Translations under genes and position numbers: made by a program | From: Chlorokybus atmophyticus | Lineage: Eukaryota; Plantae; Mesostigma and Chlorokybus algae | Direction: 5' to 3' | DNA: 64,000 bases | NCBI GenBank assembly: GCA_009103225.1 | Contig: RHPI01003156.1 | Span: 740,159 to 804,158, forward strand | Shown: in pieces, positions 11,364-23,683 of the stretch | Position numbering within the stretch: position 1 is the first letter of the stretch | How the letters are laid out: each line of letters starts with the position of its first letter | Notes under the pieces: model-generated | The model's database searches: none | The model's input: the letters and a program-made list of their open reading frames with translations, nothing else | Told to the model about the DNA's origin: nothing

Positions 11364-14300
11364 ATGGCGCATAACACACGCGGCCGAGCCGCCGAAGGCA
11401 ACGTGACCCCTCCTGAAGCAGACTCGGCGTCCGCCGCCATGGCGGGCGTCCTCGACCGCATTGTTGACAGGCTTGAGCACCTGTCGGCGACGAACCCTGG
11501 TACCGCCGCACAGTCCGCGGCTCAGCAGCAGGCGGGCCGCGACCGACGCGCCCGGCCTGACAAGTTTTCAGGCGATCGCACCAAGGAAGTACGACACTGG
11601 CTTGCCGAGGTCAGCCAGTACGCCGAGTACCATGGATGGGACGACGCCGCCAAGTGCCGCGAGGTCTCCCTTCTACTAACTGGTACTGCCGCTGGTTGGT
11701 TCATTAACCAACCCATTGACATCAAAACCACCTGGTCCAAGCTCCGTGATGCATTACTTTTTGCCTTTTCGGCAACATCAGCTACATCCGCCTCAGCATG
11801 GTCACATATCTTCGCCATGAAGCAACGTGAACAGGAGACGGTCACCGAGTATTTTGTGCGCTTTAATGAGACCCTGGTGTTTGCGGATGATAATTTAACA
11901 GAAAAGACCAGAATTGGTTTGTTTTGGGCCACCGTCAAACCACATTATAGAGACAGAGCAGCAACATCTCAAGCTAACACATTGGAGGAAGCTTTTGCAA
12001 TAGCAAGGAGGGTAGAAGCAACAATTAATGATTTACAGCCCAGTCAGTTGCCCAAAGTGACTTTAAATGCACAGTCAGTTGCTCCAAGACCCTATAGTCA
12101 GTTTAACCGCTCACAGCCACGCCGATTTGTTGCCAACAGTGGCGGCAACGTACGCCACTCCCACATTCGTGGCAAGTCACGTCATGATGGCTACCAGTCA
12201 CGTCAGCATGCACAGCAGCGTCCCATGCCGAAATTCAATCAACAGGGGGAACCAAGATGTTTTAATTGCAACAAATATGGTCATTATGCCAATGATTGTC
12301 GCTTGGCAGGCCGCCGCATGCAGCAGAACGCCATGCTTACTACCGGCGAGGAGAACACGCCGCTCATCACTCATTTTGACATCCAAGCAGTGACATCTGC
12401 GACAGCAGCAGCCAGAGGCGTGTGCACCGTTTTTGGCAAGTTGGAGGGCAAGCCAGTGAATGTTCTCTTGGACACCGGCTCCTCAATTTCGTCAGTGTCC
12501 TCTGCACTCGCCGCCGAGCTTGGCTTACCAGTCACGTCAGCCCCACGCATTACTGTACAGTTTGGTGATGGCCATATCACCGCCGAATCTGCTACTGCCT
12601 GCTCTGCTACCCTCATCATTGGAGAGGCGTACACCCAACGTTGGAGGTTCCGCATCTTGCCAACACAGCTGTTTGATGTGGTCCTCGGCACTGACTGGTT
12701 GAGGGCGACAGACTGCAGTGTGTCTGCGCACTTTCTGAGGTTTTCTGACGGCACGGAGACTGCGCTGTCCCCACCAACTACTGTGTGTGCTACCACTATC
12801 GCTGCTCATGTCCCACTCTCAACAGTGCACGTACCAATACGTGTCCGGCCTCAGTCGCTGCCAGTTCAATCTACTGAAGTGTCAGCTCTGCTGTCGGAGT
12901 ATGCAGCACTGTTCGAAGCACCGGATCCTGCAAAAACCACTGACGTTGTACAACATGTCATTGATACGAGGGGGGCGAGGCCTGTTCACATCAGACAGTA
13001 CAGGCGCTCACGGCAGGAAAACACTTTGGTGGAGGACCTTGTCAAAGATATGTTGGAGGAGGGCTTTATTGTACCATCCTTTTCAGAATGGTGCAGTCAG
13101 GTGGTCCTCGTGGACAAGCCTGACGGCGGCAAACGTTTTTGCGTTGATTACAGAGCACTGAATGACGTAACAGTAAAGGACAAGTATCCACTGCCGAACA
13201 TAGATTCCATGTTTGACAAACTGCAAGGGTACAACGTATTCTCCAAGATGGACGCTGCCTCTGGATTCTGGCGGGTCCATATGCACGCTGAGAGCCGTGC
13301 AAAGACAGCATTTCAAACGGAATCTGGTCTATACGAATGGACTGTCATGCCTTTTGGCTTGTGCAACGCGCCAGCAACATTTCAACGTCTGATGCACAGT
13401 ATTCTACGTGACCTGCCCTTCGTACTTATCTACCTCGACGACATTCTGGTGTGTTCTTGAGATGAAGAGGAGCACGCTACTCATCTGCGGCAGGTGTTTG
13501 AGCGGCTCACCGCAGCAGGCATCGTACTGAAGGAACCTAAGTGCATGTTCGCTGTCTCCTCTTTACGGTTCTTAGGCTTTATCGTGTCATCTGAGGGCCT
13601 GCGCGCTGACCCTGACAAGACCAACGCCATCAGTGAGTACCTCCAGCATTATGGTGTTAAGGCTGTACGTCGATTCCTTGGCATGTGTGCGTTCTACGCA
13701 CGTTTTGTTCCTGGCTTTGCTACCGTATCAGCGCCACTGCGTGCTCTCGTGTGCAAGGACGCTAGCTTTGAGTGGACAGAGAATTGTCAGAAGGCATTCG
13801 TTCAGTTGAAGACAGCACTGGCTTCGGCACCGCTGCTTCACTTCCCTGACTTCTCATCAAGCTTTGTATTGCGCACGGATGCAAGCAACTATGGGCTCGG
13901 GCTTGTGTTGCTACAATACTCTTGCGCGCACGGTGCGTATGCGCCATTGTTGTTCGCATCGCGCTCGTTGACATCCGCGGAGAAGAACTACACCACGACG
14001 GAGCGCGAGTGTCTTGCGGTGGTGTGGGCGTTCAACAAGCTTCATCCATACCTACATGATGCGGACGTGCAACTCGAGACCGACCATAGCGCATTGGTGC
14101 AACTCTTGCGTACGAAGCAACCTAAAGGTCGCATTGCTCGGTGGGTGCTATCCTTGCAAGCATACACCTACACTATCTCGCACCGCCCGGGTACATTGTG
14201 TGGTGATGTTGACGCGCTTTCGCGCGCACCCGTTGATGATGTTCAAGCCGCACGCGTGGTGTTAGAGATACCACCACCTCCACGCCGAACACGCAGCAGC

Positions 14301-16055
14301 ATCACACGTTCAGCATCAGCAACCAGCAACAGCAGCGCACAGCGGCAGCAGACAGCATCGTATGAGGGAACTGTGCAGACTGCACGCACTGCAAGTTCTC
14401 CCCCTGTTTACTCATCCTTCATTGATGAGCCCTACCAGGACGTTCCTGCTGGTTCTTACAACCCTACCGAACCTACGAAGACAACCTCAGCGCCAGCGAC
14501 ACCACCGCCGCTCCTGTGCAGCTGCCTGCACTGCTCTACAAGGCCGCCCCAAGCACTACCCCTCAGCGTATTCCAGCTGAGATTAGACAAAATACAACGT
14601 CTCCGGTGCTACAACCACGCCAGTCATCTTCTACTCTTCAAGATCTACAGGACAAGCATGCAACATTGCCTCCGCCGCCGCCGTTGCCCTCACCCTCAAC
14701 GCCACAAACCACACCGCCGCCAACTTCCTGGCCCAGTCCGACCAGGCCAGCCCTGCCCAGCGTAACCGAGTTACGCGGGCCCAGATATTAGACTCGGCGA
14801 TATCTAAAGTTCGCGATATCATGAAAGCTGACATCGCAGGTACCGTCCCCAGTGGCACCTTGATCTCGTACTCGGTACACGGCGCGCTTGGTACAGGCGA
14901 TCTGCTGTACGCGCGTCGCAGGATCAGAGCCGCGCCTCGTCATTCCGGCGCGTTACAAGTCCCTTTATTTAGCGGCTTGTCATGATGACCCACTGATGGG
15001 CCATTTAGGGTTTCACAAGACACTGGAGCGCGTGCGCTCGTTGTACTTTTGGCACGGCCTCCGCGGGGATGTGCACAATTTTGTGAAATCATGTGACATT
15101 TGTCAGCGTCACAATGATGCCCACGGCAAGGCCGCGGGATTACTGCAGCCCATCACCGTTACAGAGCCGTTCGAATTGTTGGCCTGGGACATCACCGGTC
15201 CTCTGCCAACATCAGCATCCGGCAATCAGTACATCATCGTATGCGCAGAGTACGTAACACGCTGGACGGAGACGGCACCCATTGCGGCTGTCAATGCTGA
15301 CACCGTGGCATCCTTTCTGCTTGCCATCATCAAGCGCCACGGCTGCCCTAAGAAGATCCTGTCCGACTGTGGCTCATATTTTACCGGTGATGTAATGGCG
15401 CGCGTTGCCAGTGCCCTCGGCATCGCACAAACCTTCACCTCACCGTACCACCCTCAAACGGACGGCCTGGTGGAGCGTATGAACAGGACGCTCAAACGGA
15501 CAATTTCCAAGTATATTAACGAGTTTCATAACAGTTGGGACTCAATTCTGGGGGCTGTGACCTTTGCCTACAACACCTCTATTCACGCCTCCACCGGTCA
15601 TACGCCTTTTCGCCTGTTGTATGGCCGAGAAGCACAGCTGCCGCCACAGGCCCAGTTGCCCTCATTCGGCCCAGCCATTGATGGTACTACTTGGTACCGC
15701 CAACTCACACAGGAGTTGCCCATTTTGCGGGAGGTAGCAGCTGACAACCTACGTACGGCACAAGAACGCCAGAAGACAAATCATGACGCTCGCCACAAGA
15801 TGGTGGAGTACAACGTGGGTGACCAGGTCCTTGTGAAGACCGTGCGCATGACTTCCAAGAAGCGCAAGTATGGCTACGATGGGGTCATTCATCACACAGC
15901 CCAGATGGTCCGGTCCTTATATAGTGTTGGAACGCATCCGCCCCAACACATATAAACTTGAGAGGAGGGACTATACACCAGGTGCAAGGAAGACCAGTAA
16001 CATCCAACATGTTTCTAACATGACGCCTTATTTCGAGCGTAGCTCTCCTTTTTAA
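11364..16055 (+). pseudogene. gag-pol polyprotein with one in-frame stop and about four frameshifts
   Basis: Zinc knuckle CFNCNKYGHYANDC, protease LLDTGSS, RT YLDD, RNase H LRTDASNYG...DALSR, integrase HHCC (HDDPLMGH...CDIC), core D..D..E and a GPY motif. TGA at 13458-13460 falls in RT. Frame changes occur near 14470, 14780, 14910 and 15880. Confidence 0.93.
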
Positions 16056-16063
16056 GGAGAGGG
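16054..16063 (+). other. Polypurine tract
   Basis: AAGGAGAGGG, 3 nt upstream of the 3' LTR. Confidence 0.85.
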
Positions 16064-16066
16064 TAA

Positions 16067-16355
16067 TGTAGCGACGCAATGCTTATTATCAGTGTCCTGA
16101 TTAGCGCCGCATTATCAACATGCTCTTAGTCAGCCAGCGAGGCCACGCGCCTCAATAGAATGCACAGTAGATATTGCATTAGCCAATAGCATGCTTTGTT
16201 TCTCATAAGCTTGTACTAGCTACATGCCACACTTGAGCCCTATTTAAGCGGGCCCTTTCTATTCCATTAATTCAGTCTTGCTTATTATCACCTGCTCAGT
16301 GTGGCTTGCTATATGCATGTGAGATGCCGCCGTTATAGTGAGTGCCGACATTACA
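16067..16355 (+). repeat. 3' LTR
   Basis: 289-bp direct repeat of 10931-11219. Confidence 0.97.
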
Positions 16356-16384
16356 GGATTGAGATTGAGCCCGTTTGAGCTCGA

Positions 16385-16447
16385 TTAGGGTTTGTTTTGG
16401 GCTTAGGATAGGGCTTAGGCTGAAGCTTAGGCAAGTGTTAGGCTTAG
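16385..16447 (+). promoter_or_regulatory. Telo-box (TTAGGGTTT) followed by degenerate (C/T)TTAGG(C/A) repeats
   Basis: TTAGGGTTT at 16385-16393, then five TTAGG-core units, upstream of the macrodomain ATG. Confidence 0.5.
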
Positions 16448-16532
16448 GCCGGGGCGGCCACGGAGGTGGCGGTGCTGTCGTGCGCGTAATCGTCGTTGTT
16501 GGTGTTCGTGTCTGCGTTTGTTGTTGTCGTGG

Positions 16533-18305
16533 ATGGTGGTTCGGTGGCCTCTTTCTGCGTGGCTTCATAGCGGCGGCTCGTGCGGGCTTGTGGGGGCCAA
16601 GCGGCTGCCTGGAAGAGCTGGTGTTCGAGCTGGCAGTCCGTTCCCGGCCAGGCCGAGCCGGGCGGCAGCCACAGCAGCAGCCATGGAGCGCTTTGCCCTG
16701 ACTGAAAAGACGTCTCTGGTGCTGAAGCGTGGCGACCTTACCAAAGATGATGTGCGTGCATGCGTCGCTGTGTCTGCATGTGGCGTCATGCATGCTCAGT
16801 GGAGTAGTGACTAGCGTCTTGATGACCGATTTAAGCACGCCTGTTCAGGCGGACGCTATCGTCAACGCTGCTAACCAGAAGATGCTGGGCGGGGGTGGCG
16901 TTGACGGTGCCATCCACAGGGCTGCTGGCAAGGCGCTATACAAGGCTTGTTTGGAAGTGCCGGAGGTGCGGGCTTGCTTGCTACGACACAGACCCCTTCG
17001 TGCATGTTGCAGCAGCTGATTTTGGTCGCAATACTACTCAGAGCAGCCAAGCACAAAGCATTAGATGTGGAACTTCTCATTGCGAATGCAGCTTTATGCT
17101 GGATACGTGCTGCAGCCAATGGTCGTATCTCACAGGTGCGTCCTGAAGTCCGTTGTCCAACGGGGGAAGCACGGATCACTCCAGGGTTCAATTTGCCGGC
17201 CAAGTTTGTGATTCATACAGGTAGCGCTTGCACTAACAGTTCCTGTGTGCATTGCCACTGCATGCATTTCTTGTTCGATAATCCAGCTCTATTGTTGAGA
17301 ACACCTGTGGCAGCTTGCAAGTTAATGGTGCTTGGGCTTTGTGCATGCGCCGACGAGCTTTGCACCAAAGTTGAGCAGTAAACACTGAGTCAGCTTATAT
17401 TTTTTCAGTGGGGCCTGTGTATAGAAATGCAGAGAAGTCTGCTCCTCTGCTGGCACGCTGCTACCAGTCAAGCTTGGCGCTTGCAAACCAGCACAAGCTG
17501 CGCACAATAGCATTCCCTGCGATCTCATGCGGAGTGTAAGTAGTGTGTGCATACCTACAACGCCTGTTCTGCTTGTTGCGGTCTTCAACAGGCTCTCAGT
17601 TGCATTACTGTTTCACAGATATGGTTACCCCTTTCATGAAGCTGCAGCAGTTGCACTAGAAAACTGCAGGGAACATGCCGACAACCTAGAAGAGGTGACT
17701 ATTGTGTGATGCCGGCAGTGTACTGCAGGTTTGCATATTATCACTGTTGCGCAATGTTACATGTTCATGCATGTAAGCTGAGTTACTTGGCAGGTGCGGT
17801 TTGTGTTATTCGACCAAGGTGCATGGGAAGCGTGGCTGCGTGCTGCACAGGTGAGTTCTGCGGGCATTTGTGCTTGCCATTGGCTTTGAGTATGGTGTGT
17901 GGCGACAACCTGTGGTGCTTGAATGCAGCTGCTTGACAGGCGAGGCTAGCCTCGAGTGAGCCCGCTGAGCTGGGCGCAGTGGCCAGTGGAGCTGAGTCTG
18001 ACATCTCAAGCGAAGGCCGCAGCGAGCCTGGCACGGTCAGTGAATAGTTGTAATGCAAGTCGTCCGCCATTCTGTGTCATGCAGCTTACTCATGTCTGAG
18101 CTAGATGTTCATGTTGCAGCCTTCAACACCTAGCAATGCTGCTTTACCTTTGCGTGGAGCAAGACTGAGCGAGAGCGATGAGGTGAAGGCAGCAGCTACC
18201 GCACCTACCTTTCCTGATGGTGCGGCAATGAAAGCCCAAGGTATTAGCGTTGCCAACAGCGGTTACGAGAGCGACACAGAAGAGGACAGGGAAGGAACGG
18301 TGTAA
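16533..18305 (+). CDS. Macrodomain protein (MacroD/YmdB-like ADP-ribose or O-acetyl-ADP-ribose hydrolase) with probable transit peptide
   Basis: [60 protein letters not shown] and YGYPFHEAA. In-frame ATGs at 16533 (followed by an R/A/S-rich leader) and 16683. Confidence 0.88.
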
Positions 18306-18854
18306 AACTCATGTTGTGCTGAGCTGTGTTGTACATAGGTGTTGTGTGTGTGGATTTTTAGCAGAATGTGTGCACAGTAAAACTGCTCAGTAAACTCTTT
18401 GTCACAGAATGTCCAAACATCCCATGCAGCATGCTTTGAGCGTCTTCATGTATGTGGCAATGTGTCTTGTGGTGTTGGCTGTTCCATGCATGCTGTTGTT
18501 GGTGCGCTGCCATTGGTGTATTGCAAGAACCAATGCAAGTAGTGCTCAGTCATGACTCGCGATGTAGACACCCGGCCACATATGGCGGGTGAAAGAATTT
18601 TTATTACAATACAATCTTTATTACAAAATGTCCCTGCTGCAGGTGTGGCAGCAGCCAGGTGTTGGGTGCCTTTTTCTTACACTATCTACATTACGGCTAC
18701 AATTGTTTATGTAATGTGATCTGCCCATCTATGTACATATATGTTACTGGAATCTGTGCATCATCTACATCTCGCCTCCAATTTGGTATCCATGCCAATG
18801 GGCATGGTTGGCTGTGCTTCTTCTACAAGTGCACATGCAATGCTCCCTCTTCAT

Positions 18855-21653
18855 TCACGACTTCAACCCCTCTAGTGCACGCTCCCGCCTCCACTTGCTC
18901 TTCTGGTGGTCTGGTGCTATCGCCAACGCAGTGTCGGTGTCGGCGAGCGCACGTGCACACTCCTTCTCCCGTAGGAACGCCTCGGCCCGATTGCTGCAAA
19001 CATTGAACGTCAATACACGCACATCAAACTGCACTCGTGCTGTGTCTGTAGCTGAGGCAAGATCAGGCATGGCAGTTGTTGTGTACTGTCGCATGTGCAA
19101 CAAGTATGTAAGACCACATGACCTTTATAGCTTGCTTGCTGTGTGAGTTTTGCAGGCATTGCATGCTTACCTGTACAAAATGGCAGTATCAGCATGGCGA
19201 GTGCCAGTCTGCCGCGCGCATGTGTGCGCGGCATCGATGGCATGGGAGTACCAGGCAACTGCCAGCTCCTGTTCTCCTTCATCCAGCGCCTTCTTGCCCT
19301 TCTCCCGTGCATGTGCGACACTCTTGGATGCGACGACAATGTGCTCAAAGTCAACCGCTTCGCTCAACACTTGGGAACTGGTAGCGTGCAAGTGCGACAA
19401 GCCCACCACCACTGAGTGCATCGCTGGAGGTGCGTGATGGTACAGTGTGCTTTGTGGAGCACCGTGTGATGCATTCTGTGGCAGTCCAACACAACATCAA
19501 GATAATAAGTTCATCTCATAATGCAGGTGATTCTGCTCTGTGTCTACAACAAGAGCAGCAAACAATCCCCACACTTGCCCACCTTGCTGTGGGTGGTTGT
19601 GCTGTCCAACATAGCAGAGGTGATGGCTACGTCCACATTGGCAAGCACATGACGCAGCGTGTGCGACTGTTCCGAACTACCCTCATGCAGTACGCGCAGC
19701 AGCACAGGCACGACGGCCTCGTGCGCCGCAACCGACGATGCGATAGCTGGAGGCTGAAGCAGCCCTGACAAAGCATGTATGATGTTAAGCATTTATGCGA
19801 AAAGAGAGACAAGCAAGCAGACATTGTGTGTAACAATTTCTATGAGACAGTTACCTGCAATGCAGTTGGCTATCAAGGCTGGAATCGCCACCAGAGCCGA
19901 GGCGCCGGGCCGTTTCCAGAAGTCAGCACCACGCATGATGTCGAGGTAGGCGTTCAGGGACGTTGCGAGTGGTATGGTAGCCTCTTCGAGCGGTGTGGCG
20001 GTTGGGGTGGTTTGCAGCAGCTGTGCCTGCTCTGTTGTCGCACATAGTGCGTCCGACTCGCTCACCCACACATAGTCGTCTATGTCCTCGTCGTCCGTGC
20101 GTGGAACATCCACAGGGTCCACCACCAGGTACTGCTCGTGTGGCCTGCGTGTCGTGAAAGTGTGTCTTCATACCAAGTTCACATCAACGTTTCGCGAATG
20201 TGTGATCAATATAAGGGCTCGTACCTGTGGCACAAGCAAGCTAATGTCCGTGCGGCGATGTTGGCATTGTGGACGTTCTCTTCGTTCAACAAATCCAACT
20301 TGCTCAGCGCCTCAAGCAACAAGGGAATAAGCGATGCTTCATGCTCTAACAGGAGCTGCCTGTGATGGCAAAGCAGGTGAGATATTATGACCATTGTGCA
20401 CATCATGGCCTTGCTGCCGTCAACCATAACACGTACTGGCGGGTACTCGTGTCGTTCGAGCACGCGCACACAATGGCTGCCAGGGCAGAGAGGGCTGAAC
20501 TGCGTACGCAGTTGGCAAGGTGCTCATCAGCGTCAACATGCGTCTCATTAGCATCGTGAGTCTCGTCATCAGCGTCTTTACGCTTTGATGCATCCGCATC
20601 CTGTACACTTCTGCTACTATGCACCTGCACACAATAATTGTTGAGTCGCATGCCAAGTCAGTGACAACCCACCCACCTGACAGCATATTACATACTTCAA
20701 CTACAGTTGTTTTGGAGAGCTCCACTAACGCTCTAATTGCTCCAACGCGAAGCACCCCACTCAAGCTCTCTGTCCCGCAGCTCGTGCATGCGGCTGCAAA
20801 GCATGCCGCCGCCGTGACACGCTGCTCGTGTGAGCCTAGCATTTGTGTCAAGAGTTGGTCATCTTCGGCAGTTCCTGTACTGTATGCGACACGTCTATTG
20901 TTCCTTGTCGTTCAAATGCAGCTATGCAGTCTTACCAGTTGACAGAAGCTTTGTCACAGCCGTAAGCGCCAGGTCGCAAGAGAGGAAGTCCGTGCTGGCA
21001 CTGGTTGAATTTGAACATGATGTGAAGGACTGCTTATATCATGTTAACAAGTTGTACAAACATGCATAACCAACAGTGCTTACGGTTGGCTGTGGCGCAA
21101 GATCAGGTGCAAACAGTCCACAGCTGTGCAGTGGTCATTTGCAGATGCCGCCAAAAGCTGCGCACAATACGCTGGCTTCAATACACAACAACTCCATGCT
21201 GTACATGCTGAAACAATATGGTCTCAAGTCTAATAGATATGACAATGCACTTGCAGCGATGCATCATGACCATGTGACTGTTGTCATTCTGGCTTTGTCA
21301 TTGATGCGAAGCTGCCGCAGACTGTTGTTCATCACCTGGCCCAAGGTGCGGACGATATCGGCTGCAGCGAGCGTTGCCACCAGCTCCCTCCCCTGCTCCG
21401 ATATCACTGCATCCCCAGCAGCATCCGCGCTGCTACCGACAACGTACACAAGTTACTACCAACCTCACACACAAGCAGAAAACCACCCCTTCAACAACAT
21501 CGTCTCCACACTCACCTGCTCAATATTACACATGCCCCCTCCAGCCACCTCTCCCGCGCTGCATGTGGCACCTCGGCCACTGCTAGAGCAGATAGTGCGG
21601 CCTTTGCGTTACGCAGACGCTGTGATAAGGTGGAAGGTGTGAGAACAATTTGC
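18855..21653 (-). CDS. Helical-repeat (ARM-like) protein with C-terminal TPR domain; 5' end unresolved
   Basis: The C-terminal exons AREKGKKALDEGEQELAVAWYSHAI...ILYSNRAEAFLREKECARALADTDTALAIAPDHQKSKWRRERA form a typical TPR triplet. Upstream exons are helical (LIPLLLEALSKLD, VGAIRALVELSK). The most 5' readable exon starts at about 21653 and the gene may continue into the N-gap. Confidence 0.65.
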
Positions 21654-21823
21654 TAGACACAAGTCGTGTAGCGCTGATGCATGAAGTATCAACGCACTAC
21701 AGTCGATAACATGTGGATAGCTGCTGTGCAAGGGGGGTGTATCACAAATGTGCCATTGTGCAACAACTGCCCTAATTAAGTATGCCTCAGTCATGTGGTA
21801 CCGGTTGTACTCGATTGAGAGAG

Positions 21824-22103
21824 GGGGGGGGGGGGGGGGGGGGNNNNNNNNNNNNNNNNNNNNNNNNNNNNNNNNNNNNNNNNNNNNNNNNNNNNNNNNN
21901 NNNNNNNNNNNNNNNNNNNNNNNNNNNNNNNNNNNNNNNNNNNNNNNNNNNNNNNNNNNNNNNNNNNNNNNNNNNNNNNNNNNNNNNNNNNNNNNNNNNN
22001 NNNNNNNNNNNNNNNNNNNNNNNNNNNNNNNNNNNNNNNNNNNNNNNNNNNNNNNNNNNNNNNNNNNNNNNNNNNNGGGGGGGGGGGGGGGGGGGGGGGG
22101 GGG
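21824..22103. other. Assembly gap (N 21844-22076) flanked by poly-G runs
   Basis: 233 N with about 20 G on the left and about 26 G on the right. Confidence 0.98.
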
Positions 22104-23550
22104 TCCCAACAGAGTTTTAGACGAAACAGGTCTGGAACATGCCTCTTGTACAAAACATATCACTTTGACACCAAGTGTTATGTCGTGTTTCAAGACATAC
22201 TCATCTTGCAGCAAACAGAGTTCTTCTTACTAATGCAGATGCCAACTGGCAAACACCTTTCTGGGATGCTTTTGGCGCAGCAGGCAGCGCACGCAACAGA
22301 GGTTTCCCTCCGGCGCCACGTGGCGCCTGCCAGCCGGCCCCGCCGCCCTTGCAACGCCCTTGCAGTCACACCCACCACCGCCGCTCCTACCCATCCTGGT
22401 GCTGCACACACACTCCTGCCCCTTACTCCGCCCCACCTCCTCCACCTCCACCTGTTCCTACAACTACCACTCTTCTTCCTTCTCCTCCGCCTCCGCCTCC
22501 TCCGTCGCCACCTTTTCGCCGCCTACTCCACCGTGACGCCAGCTGGGATCACACAGCAGACACGCATAGGCAGAACTTCTGCCGCAGAAGTGAACCTCAC
22601 GTGTGCAGACCGGGCAGAACCCAAAACAATTCCCCGGTTTGTGCTGTTTATATTCTAACGTCCGCTCGCAGCCCCACAATTACCCTGGCTGCACTGGGAA
22701 GTTTTACGCTCTCCAATTTGAATGAATAAATAGCTGAGATCCCAAGAATCTGTCCAACTTCAACGGCCTCAACAAAAAGTTGTTGCTGAGAAGGGAGTTC
22801 CTTGAAGGAATCCTCACTCTGCAAGCAGTTGCCAGCCACCAAATGGAGATCTTAACAAAACAATTTACAAATCAACAAGTGTGACACAACGCTTAGCTGG
22901 TTGGTGTTTGGCAAACTGTTTTGATGATTGTTGCCACGGCAGCGTGACGTTCACATTGATCGGCGCTGCCAGCTCGGATTAGAGGACAGACATATTTTGA
23001 TCAGGCCTTTTACTGATTCACACCAGGTGAACAGAGCTTCACTCGTGGACCACTTGTGACTCATGAGTGATTCAGTGACTCGTGACATGCCCCTTCTGAC
23101 GTGGAAAAGTTTCCCCTTGCGTGCCGTGCACACGCAGAGGATCTTTCTGCGGCGAGAGGATTTCCTTATTGCCGAAAGTTTTCGTTAGTGTGTTTTATTA
23201 GGTTGACACGCTCGCTGCCAACAAGGCATTCACCAACGAGGGAGTTTCAACTGAACAAAGGTCATCTTTAACACTGTGAAAAGTGTGCCATTATTTGCAG
23301 CGATAAGTTATCTTTCCATACGTAAATAGTTAAGCATCAATATCATGTCTTTTTTCCCCTTATTATTTTATCTAATACCGTGAATACGGAATTGCAGGTA
23401 ACTGATTATTTTTTACATAATATTCTTGATATCATCATCATCATGATATGGATGTCGTAATGCACTCAATTCTCATATGTACATGTATAAGTTTTTTTAA
23501 ACATGACAACATAAACATTGCTATATAGCAATTCGCTGTCGGAAAGGGGC

Positions 23551-23683
23551 CAGAATGATCGTCGTGACTTTACACTATACATTACATGATGCTAAGGCAG
23601 AGCTAAACACATGCAAGCGACAGAATGATCGTCGTGACTTTACACTATACATTACATGATGCTAAGGCAGAGCTAAATACATG
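23551..23683 (+). repeat. 63-bp tandem duplication (period 70)
   Basis: CAGAATGATCGTCGTGACTTTACACTATAC...GAGCTAAA(C/T)ACATG starts at 23551 and 23621, with one mismatch. Confidence 0.95.

Larger units (their letters stand above)
10931..16355 (+). mobile_element. Full-length Ty3/gypsy LTR retrotransposon, non-chromoviral, coding-disabled
   Basis: Two 289-bp LTRs with TG...CA ends, 4-bp TSD GGAT (10927-10930 and 16356-16359), PBS and PPT. Domain order is gag-PR-RT-RH-INT. Confidence 0.97.

Noticed and set aside
16296-16838. 180-aa minus-strand ORF
   Set aside because: It is the antisense of the GC-rich macrodomain leader and first exon, overlaps the LTR, and has no recognisable domain.
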